Source: Escherichia phage vB_EcoM_ULIM3. Taken from it: a stretch of DNA of 64,000 nucleotides. The stretch lies in sequence record OQ850289, one strand, 5' to 3'. A program made the position numbers and the translations under genes. A model generated the notes under the pieces. That model was not told the DNA's origin. It saw only the letters and a program-made list of their open reading frames with translations, and searched no databases. Below, one piece after another: positions 14,618 through 31,181 of the stretch (within the stretch, counting starts at the first letter, position 1; each line of letters begins with the position of its first letter).

Positions 14618-15964
14618 ATGAGTTCGAATATCTTCAGACTTGCTGATAGATTATTCAACCAACCTTTACTAGCCACTGAATCATTAGCTCACTCAGCAGC
14701 AACTTATGTGAATAACAGATTGCTGGGTGATGTCCAAGCAGCAGTAAACTTTGATAAACCTAAAGGTGAAGCAAGAAGTCTTTTAAAAGTAAAAGATGAT
14801 ATTGCTATTATCCCTATTATGGGTGGCTTAACCCATCGTATGACATTCATTGATGCAATGTGCACAGGTGGTTTAAGTTCTTATGAAGGTTTACGCAGAG
14901 GCTTTGACGAAGCTTTAGCAGATGAGTCAATTAAGACTATTGTTCTGCACATTGATTCTGGTGGTGGTGAAGCTTCAGGTTGCTTTGAATTAGCACGTCA
15001 CATTATGGCTTCAAGAGGCCAAAAGAAAATTATTGCTTATGTAGATGAGTTCGCTTGTTCCGCTGCATATGCTCTTGCATCTTCTGCTGAAGAAATTATT
15101 GCATCACCAGATGCAGATGTTGGTTCTATTGGTGTAATCATGGTTCATCAGGAATTAACTAAGGCATTTGAAAAGAATGGCGTAACAATTAACGTCATCA
15201 AAGCTGGTGAGTTTAAAGGTATGGGTTCACCATTCCAAGCACTTTCAGAAGAAAGCAAAGAAAGACTTCAAAAGAGAATTAACGATACCTACGCAACCTT
15301 TACAGGTTTTGTAGCTGAATCTCGTAATCTCTCTGAAGAAGCTGTAAAGAATACTGAGGCGAATGTTTATTCTGCTCAGGAAGCTCTTGAACTTGGTTTA
15401 ATTAATTCAATCATGTCTCAAGATGATTTCTTAAATTACTTACAAGGTTCTGAAGAGGCTCCTGTAAGTTTAAACGTTAACAATTCAGGTGAAGAAATGA
15501 CTGAACAAGAAAAGCAAGAACTAGAAGCTTTGCGTCTTCAGGTTGCTCAAATGAAAGCTAAAGAACAGGAAGCTGCTTTGTCAGATTTGACTAATAAGAT
15601 TTCTGCTTCTGCTGAAGCTTTTGGATTTGATGCAAAAGAAGCTGCAACGACTATTTTAGGTGCTGGTCTTGATAACCCTCTGAGTGTTCTGTTTATGAAT
15701 GCTATGGAAGGTGCTAACCAGAAACTTAATGAAACTATCGCGTCCCATGCTTCTGCAATGGAAGAAAAAGAATCAGAAATTACCAAGCTGAAAGAAACTG
15801 CTGGTGCTGTTCTTGAACATTCCAACGCTATGGAAGAAATGGGTAATGACGGCGAAGCTGATTTGGTTGAAGAAGAAAAAGAACCAGCTAAGAATGCTTC
15901 CGAAGACACCGCTGAACAACGCAAACTGGCTCTCCAGAATGCTCTAAAATCTCTTATCAAATAA
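14618..15964 (+). CDS. prohead protease (S49/ClpP-like) fused to scaffold-like C-terminus
   Basis: IPIMGG...LHIDSGGGEASG...AYVDEFACSAAYALAS S49-type motifs; C-terminal acidic coiled-coil region. Confidence 0.7.
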   Translation: MSSNIFRLADRLFNQPLLATESLAHSAATYVNNRLLGDVQAAVNFDKPKGEARSLLKVKDDIAIIPIMGGLTHRMTFIDAMCTGGLSSYEGLRRGFDEALADESIKTIVLHIDSGGGEASGCFELARHIMASRGQKKIIAYVDEFACSAAYALASSAEEIIASPDADVGSIGVIMVHQELTKAFEKNGVTINVIKAGEFKGMGSPFQALSEESKERLQKRINDTYATFTGFVAESRNLSEEAVKNTEANVYSAQEALELGLINSIMSQDDFLNYLQGSEEAPVSLNVNNSGEEMTEQEKQELEALRLQVAQMKAKEQEAALSDLTNKISASAEAFGFDAKEAATTILGAGLDNPLSVLFMNAMEGANQKLNETIASHASAMEEKESEITKLKETAGAVLEHSNAMEEMGNDGEADLVEEEKEPAKNASEDTAEQRKLALQNALKSLIK

Positions 15965-15975
15965 GGAACACAATA

Positions 15976-16353
15976 ATGGCATATCAAGGTTTTACTAAGT
16001 TAGGTAAAAGAGAACCTCTGAATGATATCATTCTTTGGGAACAGGTTACCCCAACAGGCCACTCTCGTAAAGAGTACACTCCACAGGCATCTACAGAATA
16101 TCGTGTAGGTGAAGTTCTGAAGGAAGACGGTACTAAAGTCGCAGCAGGGGAAGAAGCTCAGGCTGATTCTGTATGTATCGTTAACTTTTATTCAGACCTG
16201 CAACTGTCTTACCACGGTCAGTTGAAAGTTGTTGGTATTTACCGTGACGCAGAACTGAAAGACATGCTTACTCTTGAGTCTGGTGTTAATGCTGAGAACG
16301 TCAAGAAAGCTCTGGCTGCTAAAGGTATTGATTTCGTACCAACTGGCCTGTAA
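15976..16353 (+). CDS. head decoration-like protein (putative)
   Basis: 125 aa between protease and major capsid gene, the position of lambda gpD-like proteins. Confidence 0.4.
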   Translation: MAYQGFTKLGKREPLNDIILWEQVTPTGHSRKEYTPQASTEYRVGEVLKEDGTKVAAGEEAQADSVCIVNFYSDLQLSYHGQLKVVGIYRDAELKDMLTLESGVNAENVKKALAAKGIDFVPTGL

Positions 16354-16386
16354 TAACAATAATAAGACATTCTGGAGAATTTTACA

Positions 16387-17490
16387 ATGTTGACTAATTC
16401 TGAAAAAAGCAGATTTTTCCTTGCTGACCTGACTGGTGAAGTCCAGTCTATCCCAAATACTTATGGGTATATTTCCAACTTAGGTCTGTTCCGTTCAGCA
16501 CCAATCACCCAAACTACTTTCCTTATGGACTTGACTGATTGGGATGTTAGCTTGCTTGATGCGGTAGACCGTGATAGCCGTAAAGCAGAGACTAGCGCAC
16601 CTGAGCGTGTTCGTCAAATCAGCTTCCCAATGATGTACTTCAAAGAAGTTGAAAGCATCACTCCTGATGAAATTCAGGGTGTACGTCAGCCAGGCACTGC
16701 AAACGAACTGACTACTGAAGCTGTAGTACGTGCTAAGAAGCTGATGAAGATTCGTACCAAGTTCGATATTACTCGTGAGTTCCTGTTTATGCAAGCTCTG
16801 AAGGGTAAAGTTGTTGATGCTCGTGGTACTCTGTATGCTGACCTGTACAAGCAGTTCGACGTTGAGAAGAAAACTGTTTACTTCGACCTTGACAACCCTA
16901 ATGCTGACATCGACGCTTCTATTGAAGAACTGCGTATGCACATGGAAGACGAAGCTAAGACTGGCACTGTAATCAACGGTGAAGAAATTCACGTAGTTGT
17001 TGACCGTGTATTCTTCAGCAAACTGGTTAAGCATCCTAAGATTCGTGACGCTTATCTTGCACAGCAGACTCCGCTGGCTTGGCAACAGATTACTGGTTCT
17101 CTGAGAACTGGTGGTACTGACGGCGTTCAGGCTCACATGAACACCTTCTACTACGGTGGTGTTAAGTTTGTCCAGTACAACGGTAAGTTCAAAGACAAGC
17201 GTGGTAAGGTTCATACTCTGGTGAGCATTGATGGTGCTGGTGCAGAGGTTGGTGTAGGACACGCTTTCCCTAACGTTTCTATGCTTGGTGAAGCAAACAA
17301 CATCTTCGAAGTGGCTTATGGTCCATGTCCTAAGATGGGTTACGCAAATACACTTGGTCAGGAACTGTACGTATTCGAATATGAAAAAGACCGTGACGAA
17401 GGTATTGACTTCGAAGCTCACTCTTACATGCTGCCATACTGTACTCGTCCTCAGTTGCTGGTAGATGTTCGTGCTGACGCTAAAGACTAA
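16387..17490 (+). CDS. major capsid protein
   Basis: 367 aa; highly-expressed-type codon usage; position after protease and decoration genes. Confidence 0.7.
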   Translation: MLTNSEKSRFFLADLTGEVQSIPNTYGYISNLGLFRSAPITQTTFLMDLTDWDVSLLDAVDRDSRKAETSAPERVRQISFPMMYFKEVESITPDEIQGVRQPGTANELTTEAVVRAKKLMKIRTKFDITREFLFMQALKGKVVDARGTLYADLYKQFDVEKKTVYFDLDNPNADIDASIEELRMHMEDEAKTGTVINGEEIHVVVDRVFFSKLVKHPKIRDAYLAQQTPLAWQQITGSLRTGGTDGVQAHMNTFYYGGVKFVQYNGKFKDKRGKVHTLVSIDGAGAEVGVGHAFPNVSMLGEANNIFEVAYGPCPKMGYANTLGQELYVFEYEKDRDEGIDFEAHSYMLPYCTRPQLLVDVRADAKD

Positions 17491-17511
17491 TATTCTTAAG
17501 GAGGGTTATGA

Positions 17512-17961
17512 ATGTGTTATACAGGCGACCCAGCCAATAACCCTCTTGATAGAGTAAGAATCCTCTGCACAGACACCAATAATGATGAAATTCTTATTGA
17601 ACAGTCTGTGCTAGAGTGGTTCTATCTAGAATCTGGAAAGGATGAAAAGAAAGCAGCCATCAAAGCTCTTAAATATTTACTCTTTCAAGTAGCCAAGATG
17701 GGAGATGAGAAGGTTGGTGGTGTTTATTTACGTAACTCTTCCAGATTCAAATCTCTGAAAGCTGTTTATGACGACCTTGTTAAAAGCTCTGTTTCAGGAC
17801 TACCCTATGCAGGTGGTATTAATCAGTGTGACATTGATATGCGTCGTCAGAATCCTTGCTCTGTCAAGAAATACACAGAATATGGTGATGCTGCCAGATA
17901 CGAAGGCAGAGATTACTGCAACCGTGTTAATGGCGTATTTATTATCGAGCGAGATGAATAA
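17512..17961 (+). CDS. head-tail connector/completion protein (putative)
   Basis: 149-aa ORF in structural operon. Confidence 0.4.
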   Translation: MCYTGDPANNPLDRVRILCTDTNNDEILIEQSVLEWFYLESGKDEKKAAIKALKYLLFQVAKMGDEKVGGVYLRNSSRFKSLKAVYDDLVKSSVSGLPYAGGINQCDIDMRRQNPCSVKKYTEYGDAARYEGRDYCNRVNGVFIIERDE

Positions 17962-18443
17962 TGGTTAAAAGGGTTATTCACCCCGCTAGAGCAAAATTAG
18001 TCGGGGCTATGAAGAACTTGCAAACGGCTAATGCTCAAGTTGGGTATTTTCAAGAACAAGGTCAACATAGCTCTGGTTTTTCTTATCCTGCTTTAATGTA
18101 TTTACAAGAAGTTATTGGGGTTCCTTCAGCTTCTGGTAAAGTATATCGTAGGTTGTTTGAAATCACTATGATGCTAAACAGACAGACCTTGTTAGAGCAG
18201 ACTAAGAAGAATCTATATAAGCAACTTAGCAGTCTCAACGTAGACCCCTCAGATACCTTAGAAGCATTTGCAAAGAATGCTCAAAAGGCAATTAAAAGAG
18301 GTTTTGGTAATTCTGCTATCCTCCCTCCTAACGCACCTTCCACAGTCAAGAAAAAAGGCTTTAATGCACCTCTTGTTGAGACAGGTGACTTAAGGGATAA
18401 CCTTGCTTATAAAATTTCTACTAAGAAGGGTATTAAAAAATGA
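17961..18443 (+). CDS. head-tail connector/completion protein (putative)
   Basis: 160-aa ORF in structural operon. Confidence 0.4.
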   Translation: MVKRVIHPARAKLVGAMKNLQTANAQVGYFQEQGQHSSGFSYPALMYLQEVIGVPSASGKVYRRLFEITMMLNRQTLLEQTKKNLYKQLSSLNVDPSDTLEAFAKNAQKAIKRGFGNSAILPPNAPSTVKKKGFNAPLVETGDLRDNLAYKISTKKGIKK

Positions 18444-18841
18444 GGCTCTTAAACAGACACAGCTTTGTAGTAAAGCGTAAAGTCTCTGAAGACGGTTATT
18501 ATAATGACGATGGTGATTGGGTAGCTTCACAAGATATTGTAGAGGTTAACTGTAAAGGTAATATCCAGCCATATATCAAAGGTTCTGTAAAGAACGGTAC
18601 ACAGATTGCTTTACCGGAAGGTATTAGACTAACCGATACAAGAATCCTGTATACTACATATAAACTTAGAACTTCAGATGATGTAGAGTGGAATGAGTCT
18701 GATATTGTTATGATTGATGGTCATGAGTATGAAGTATTTATGACTATGGATTGGTCACAGCAATTAGCCCATACATCCCATTATGAATATATCATTATTA
18801 GAAGGGATAAAATGAATGCAGTTAGAAACAGCAGAACTTGA
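18440..18841 (+). CDS. structural protein (putative)
   Basis: 133-aa ORF, overlapping starts and stops. Confidence 0.4.
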   Translation: MRLLNRHSFVVKRKVSEDGYYNDDGDWVASQDIVEVNCKGNIQPYIKGSVKNGTQIALPEGIRLTDTRILYTTYKLRTSDDVEWNESDIVMIDGHEYEVFMTMDWSQQLAHTSHYEYIIIRRDKMNAVRNSRT

Positions 18842-19415
18842 AAAAGGTCTAGTTAGAACCTTAGTGGATGTTATTGGTCACAGATTAGCTCGTGATAAAA
18901 ATAATAGACCAAACGTAATTAGAGCTTACCCTTCTGATAACTCAAATGACAAAGGTTTAAAACCTGACCAGCCATTTATTACCGTATATTGTCAAGATGC
19001 TGCAACACCTTATGGTTGGGTTCTTGATAAGTTTGTTGAAGATGATGTAGTTTGTTACAGAATCGCTTTTCAGATTCCTGTATTGATTACGGTAAATGGT
19101 AAAGGTGCTCACAGTATTATGCTTGAGCTTAAACAAAGATTAGAGATGAGTTCAGTCAGAGGTTTAATCCTTGAAGAAACAGGAGCTACAGTATTAGACA
19201 CTGGAGCAATCCCTAACGATTACACTTATCTCAATACAGATTTCGAAAATTCTGCGCCTCTTGTTGTAACTCTTGTAAAAAACTCAGTCCTGAAAGATGA
19301 ACGTGGAAGTATTATTGAGCGTGTCATTGTTGATGGTGAGTTGGTTTATGAAGAAGGGCAAGAGCCACCAGAATATACTATCCATCTAGATGTAGACTCC
19401 AAAGGGGTAAAATAA
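18816..19415 (+). CDS. structural protein (putative)
   Basis: 199-aa ORF preceding sheath gene. Confidence 0.4.
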   Translation: MQLETAELEKGLVRTLVDVIGHRLARDKNNRPNVIRAYPSDNSNDKGLKPDQPFITVYCQDAATPYGWVLDKFVEDDVVCYRIAFQIPVLITVNGKGAHSIMLELKQRLEMSSVRGLILEETGATVLDTGAIPNDYTYLNTDFENSAPLVVTLVKNSVLKDERGSIIERVIVDGELVYEEGQEPPEYTIHLDVDSKGVK

Positions 19416-20768
19416 ATGTGGAATCCAATTGTTAATGTAGATATTACATTGAACACCGCAGGAACTACAAGAGAAGGTTTTGGTTTGCCACTATTCTTAG
19501 CTTCAACAGATAACTTTGAAGAAAGAGTGCGTGGTTATACTTCCTTAACTGAAGTTGCTGAAGATTTCGATGAGAATACTGCTGCATATAAGGCTGCTAA
19601 ACAACTTTGGAGTCAGACTCCTAAAGTAACTCAGCTTTATATTGGTAGACGCGCTATGCAGTACACTGTATCAATTCCTGATGAGGTTACTGAGAGCACG
19701 GACTACTCAATTACTGTAGCTGTCGGTGGGGGAATGTCACAACCATTCCAGTACACCTCACAAGGTGAAGATACTGCCGAGAATGTATTACAACAGTTTA
19801 AAACACAGATTGAAGCTGACCAATCAATTAAAGATAAAGTTTCAGTCAATGTTACTGGTAGCAACGGTTCTGCCACAATGGTCATCTCCAAAGCTGGTGA
19901 CAATGATTTCGTGAAGGTAACCACTACAGCACAAACTGTGTCTATTGCAAGCACAACTGCTGATACAGCGTCAACTGCTCTGGCAGCTATTGAAGCTTAT
20001 TCTACCGACTGGTATTTCATTGCAGCAGAAGACAGAACTCAACAGTTTGTCTTAGCAATGGCTTCTGAGATTCAGGCTCGTAAGAAAATCTTCTTCACAG
20101 CTAACTCTGATGTAGCAGCACTACAAGGTACAGAATTAAACAGTGCAAATGATGTTCCAGCACAGCTTGCTAAGAGTATGTATACTCGCACAGTTTGCTT
20201 GTGGCATCACACAGCGGCAGAAGATTATCCAGAGATGGCATATATTGCTTATGGTGCTCCATACGATGCAGGGTCAATTGCTTGGGGTAATGCTCAGTTG
20301 ACTGGTGTAGCTGCTTCTTTACAGCCAGCTAATAAGAGACCTCTGACAAGCATTCAGAAGTCAGCTTTAGATGTACGTCACTGTAACTTTATCGACCTTG
20401 ATGGTGGTGTTCCAGTGGTTCGTAGAGGGATTACTTCTGGTGGGGAATGGATTGATATCGTCCGTGGTGTTGACTGGTTAGAATCAGACCTGAAAACTTC
20501 TCTGAGAGACTTGCTAATTAACCAGAAGGGTGGTAAGATTACTTATGATGATACTGGTATTACCCGTATTCGTCAAGTCATTGAAACCTCTCTACAAAGA
20601 GCAGTCAACAGAAACTTCCTGTCATCTTACACAGTTAATGTTCCTAAAGCCTCTCAAGTTGCTTTGGCAGACAAGAAAGCTCGTATCCTGAAAGATGTTA
20701 CCTTCGCAGGTATCTTAGCAGGGGCTATCTTGGATGTTGACTTGAAAGGTACAGTGGCTTACGAATAA
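19416..20768 (+). CDS. tail sheath protein (putative)
   Basis: 450 aa immediately upstream of tube-sized gene, chaperone pair and tape measure. Confidence 0.55.
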   Translation: MWNPIVNVDITLNTAGTTREGFGLPLFLASTDNFEERVRGYTSLTEVAEDFDENTAAYKAAKQLWSQTPKVTQLYIGRRAMQYTVSIPDEVTESTDYSITVAVGGGMSQPFQYTSQGEDTAENVLQQFKTQIEADQSIKDKVSVNVTGSNGSATMVISKAGDNDFVKVTTTAQTVSIASTTADTASTALAAIEAYSTDWYFIAAEDRTQQFVLAMASEIQARKKIFFTANSDVAALQGTELNSANDVPAQLAKSMYTRTVCLWHHTAAEDYPEMAYIAYGAPYDAGSIAWGNAQLTGVAASLQPANKRPLTSIQKSALDVRHCNFIDLDGGVPVVRRGITSGGEWIDIVRGVDWLESDLKTSLRDLLINQKGGKITYDDTGITRIRQVIETSLQRAVNRNFLSSYTVNVPKASQVALADKKARILKDVTFAGILAGAILDVDLKGTVAYE

Positions 20769-20783
20769 TAGAGGTAAATTGGA

Positions 20784-21230
20784 ATGGCTATGTATCAGCA
20801 ATATTCCCCTAAAGACGTTGTATGTAGCTGGAATGGTATTGCCATTGAAGGCTTTGCCCCAGACTCATTTTTACGTCTACAGAGAACATCACCACTTATC
20901 ACACCAGTTGTAGGTGCAGGTGGTCAGGTTGCTCTGACAAGAAATGCAGACAAGACAGGTACTATTGAGATTGAGCTAATGCAGACTTCTCTCTCTAACC
21001 AGATGCTTTCTGCAATTCAAGCTAAACAAGACAACATGGAACTTGAAGAAGATATCTCTTCTAACTTCGTAATCTACGACCCATCAGGCTCTGTTCTGGC
21101 AACTGGTATTAATGCTTGGTTGCAGGAATTACCACAGATTGAACTTGGGCGTGACCAGAACTCTAAAACTTGGATTTTTGGTTGTGAGAAGCTAGACTAC
21201 ACTTCTACAATTCCAGCGTCAAGTGTTTAA
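20784..21230 (+). CDS. tail tube protein (putative)
   Basis: 148 aa; followed by strong terminator. Confidence 0.55.
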   Translation: MAMYQQYSPKDVVCSWNGIAIEGFAPDSFLRLQRTSPLITPVVGAGGQVALTRNADKTGTIEIELMQTSLSNQMLSAIQAKQDNMELEEDISSNFVIYDPSGSVLATGINAWLQELPQIELGRDQNSKTWIFGCEKLDYTSTIPASSV

Positions 21231-21242
21231 TAAATCCTATAA

Positions 21243-21276
21243 GGGGGAGACTTTAAAAGGTCTTCCCCTTTTTTGT
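21243..21276 (+). terminator. intrinsic terminator after tail tube gene
   Basis: gggggagac...gtcttcccc stem followed by TTTTTTG. Confidence 0.7.
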
Positions 21277-21303
21277 TTCTTTTAAAAGTATTAAGGAATC
21301 ACA

Positions 21304-21702
21304 ATGAAAACAGAATCTAAAGTAATTAATGGTAAGAAAGTAAATATCGTTCTGCTTGGGGCAAGAGATGGGATTAAGATGTCTATGAAGCTGGGTAAAA
21401 TTGTTGTTCCAACATTTGCACAGATGCTATCAAGTCTGACTGATAAAGATAAGAAAGAAGCTCCAATGGTTCCATTTAAAGACCTTGTTGAAGCTTGTTT
21501 TGACAGAATTGAAGAAATTAACCTTGAAGAAATGGCTACCCTGTTATTTCAAGGGGCAACTGTTGATGACTTCCCACTCAATATTGATACATACTTCCAA
21601 GCAAACTACGGTGAGTTTATTGATTACTTAGCATTTGCGCTGGAGGCAAACTTCGGAAGTTTTTTCGAAGCAAGCATTTTCAAAAGCCTAACTTCTCAGT
21701 AA
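21304..21702 (+). CDS. tail assembly chaperone
   Basis: 132 aa directly upstream of tape measure; slippery T_TTT_TTC at 21660-21666. Confidence 0.55.
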   Translation: MKTESKVINGKKVNIVLLGARDGIKMSMKLGKIVVPTFAQMLSSLTDKDKKEAPMVPFKDLVEACFDRIEEINLEEMATLLFQGATVDDFPLNIDTYFQANYGEFIDYLAFALEANFGSFFEASIFKSLTSQ

Positions 21703-21704
21703 AC

Positions 21705-21943
21705 ATGGGTAATACTCTACAGACACCACTAACTGATGCTGCTGTAGAGGCAACCTATGAAGAAGCAGACGAGATGAAATTTGTGCTTGCTATTTATGGT
21801 ATGGAAGGGTGTAAAGAAACACTTGACCAACTCTTTGCTATGACATTCTCTGATTTATTATCATTGAGACAATTTCTTGAAATTCAGAGGTCGTATAAAG
21901 AGGAAATTGCTTACAACGAACTTAGAAGAGCAGGAAAAATGTA

Positions 21944-21944
<1 letters not shown>
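21705..21944 (+). CDS. tail assembly chaperone extension (likely made as -1 frameshift fusion)
   Basis: ORF in -1 frame relative to 21304-21702, open from 21660 through 21941. Confidence 0.5.
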
Positions 21945-29960
<8,016 letters not shown>

Positions 29961-29962
29961 TA

Positions 29963-31135
29963 ATGGCAGTAGGTGAAATTCAAATTAGTGCCTTGCCTCA
30001 AGCATCCTTACCAATTGACCTTAGTGATATCTTCCATCTTAAGCAGGGTATTGAGGATAAGAGGTGTACTCTTGAGCAATTACTTGCTCCACACGCAAGC
30101 CTAAGAAATAACCCTCATGGTGTTACTAAAACACAAATTGGTTTAGATAATGTTATTAATGCTCTTCAGTTAGTCGCTGAAAATAACTTATCAGATATTG
30201 TTAATGTAGCTGAGGCAAGAGCAAATCTACAGATTATGTCTTCAGAAGAGGTTAATAACCTTGTCCAGCAACATATCAAGGACAAGAGTAACCCACACAA
30301 TACAACTAAGGCACAGGTTGGTTTAAGTAATGTTCAGAACTGGACAACATCTAATCTGTATAACGAAGATGCAGATAAGTATGCTACAGCAAGAGCAGTA
30401 AATAACTTGTACAAGGCTGTTCAGGCTTCTTATCCAGTAGGTACTATCCATCTTTCTATGAACTCTGCAAACCCTTCCACATACTTAATTTGTGGAGGTA
30501 CTTGGGAGTTAGTTTCAAAAGGCAGGGCATTGGTTGGCTATGACTCTGATACAAGACCAGCAGGTTCTGTATTTGGCGCTTCAACTGTCACTTTGTCAGT
30601 TAATAACATACCTCAGCACTCCCACTCTGTGTCTCTTAGCGGTGGTGGTCACACTCATAATGCAACTGTGTCAATTTCAGCTTTTGATTATGGGACTAAG
30701 ACTACAAACTCTTTTGACTATGGGACAAAAGCTACTAACACAACTGGTAACCATACACACAGTGTGTCAGGTAACACTAGCACCAATGGTACTCACAACC
30801 ATGATGTGTATCCTAGAGAAAATGATGGCACTGGTAATGCTGTGGCTGACTCTGATGGTGGTGGTGCAAGAAGGACATCAAGGACTTCTAGTGATGGTGC
30901 GCACTCACACAGCTTTAACGTCACATCTGGTGCATCAGGTGACCACAGCCACACGGTTGGTATTGGTGCTCACAGTCATACAGTTGGTATTGGTTCACAT
31001 ACGCATAGTGGCACTGTAACAGTTTCTTCTTCTGAACATACACATAGTGGCAATACAAATAGTGTTGGTGGAGGTCAGGCAGTTAATATTGAACAGCCAT
31101 CCTTCGTACTGTATGTATGGCAGAGAACAGCTTAA
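29963..31135 (+). CDS. tail fibre protein with C-terminal His-x-His repeat tip
   Basis: nine HxH motifs (HSHS, HTHN, HTHS, HNHD, HSHT...) in last ~170 aa; C-terminus similar to next gene. Confidence 0.65.
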   Translation: MAVGEIQISALPQASLPIDLSDIFHLKQGIEDKRCTLEQLLAPHASLRNNPHGVTKTQIGLDNVINALQLVAENNLSDIVNVAEARANLQIMSSEEVNNLVQQHIKDKSNPHNTTKAQVGLSNVQNWTTSNLYNEDADKYATARAVNNLYKAVQASYPVGTIHLSMNSANPSTYLICGGTWELVSKGRALVGYDSDTRPAGSVFGASTVTLSVNNIPQHSHSVSLSGGGHTHNATVSISAFDYGTKTTNSFDYGTKATNTTGNHTHSVSGNTSTNGTHNHDVYPRENDGTGNAVADSDGGGARRTSRTSSDGAHSHSFNVTSGASGDHSHTVGIGAHSHTVGIGSHTHSGTVTVSSSEHTHSGNTNSVGGGQAVNIEQPSFVLYVWQRTA

Positions 31136-31142
31136 TTTCTTT

Positions 31143-31166
31143 ACAGGGGCTTTATAGCCCCTTTTA
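31143..31166 (+). terminator. intrinsic terminator
   Basis: ggggc-tttata-gcccc followed by TTTT. Confidence 0.6.
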
Positions 31167-31181
31167 AGAGGAAAATTTATA

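Noticed and set aside
16495-17421. 308-aa ORF antisense to the major capsid gene
   Set aside because: Fully embedded antisense to a highly expressed structural gene, with no RBS; typical shadow ORF.
30534-31019. 161-aa alternate-frame ORF inside the tail-fibre gene
   Set aside because: Low-complexity product generated by the His-x-His repeat DNA; overlaps a well-supported CDS.
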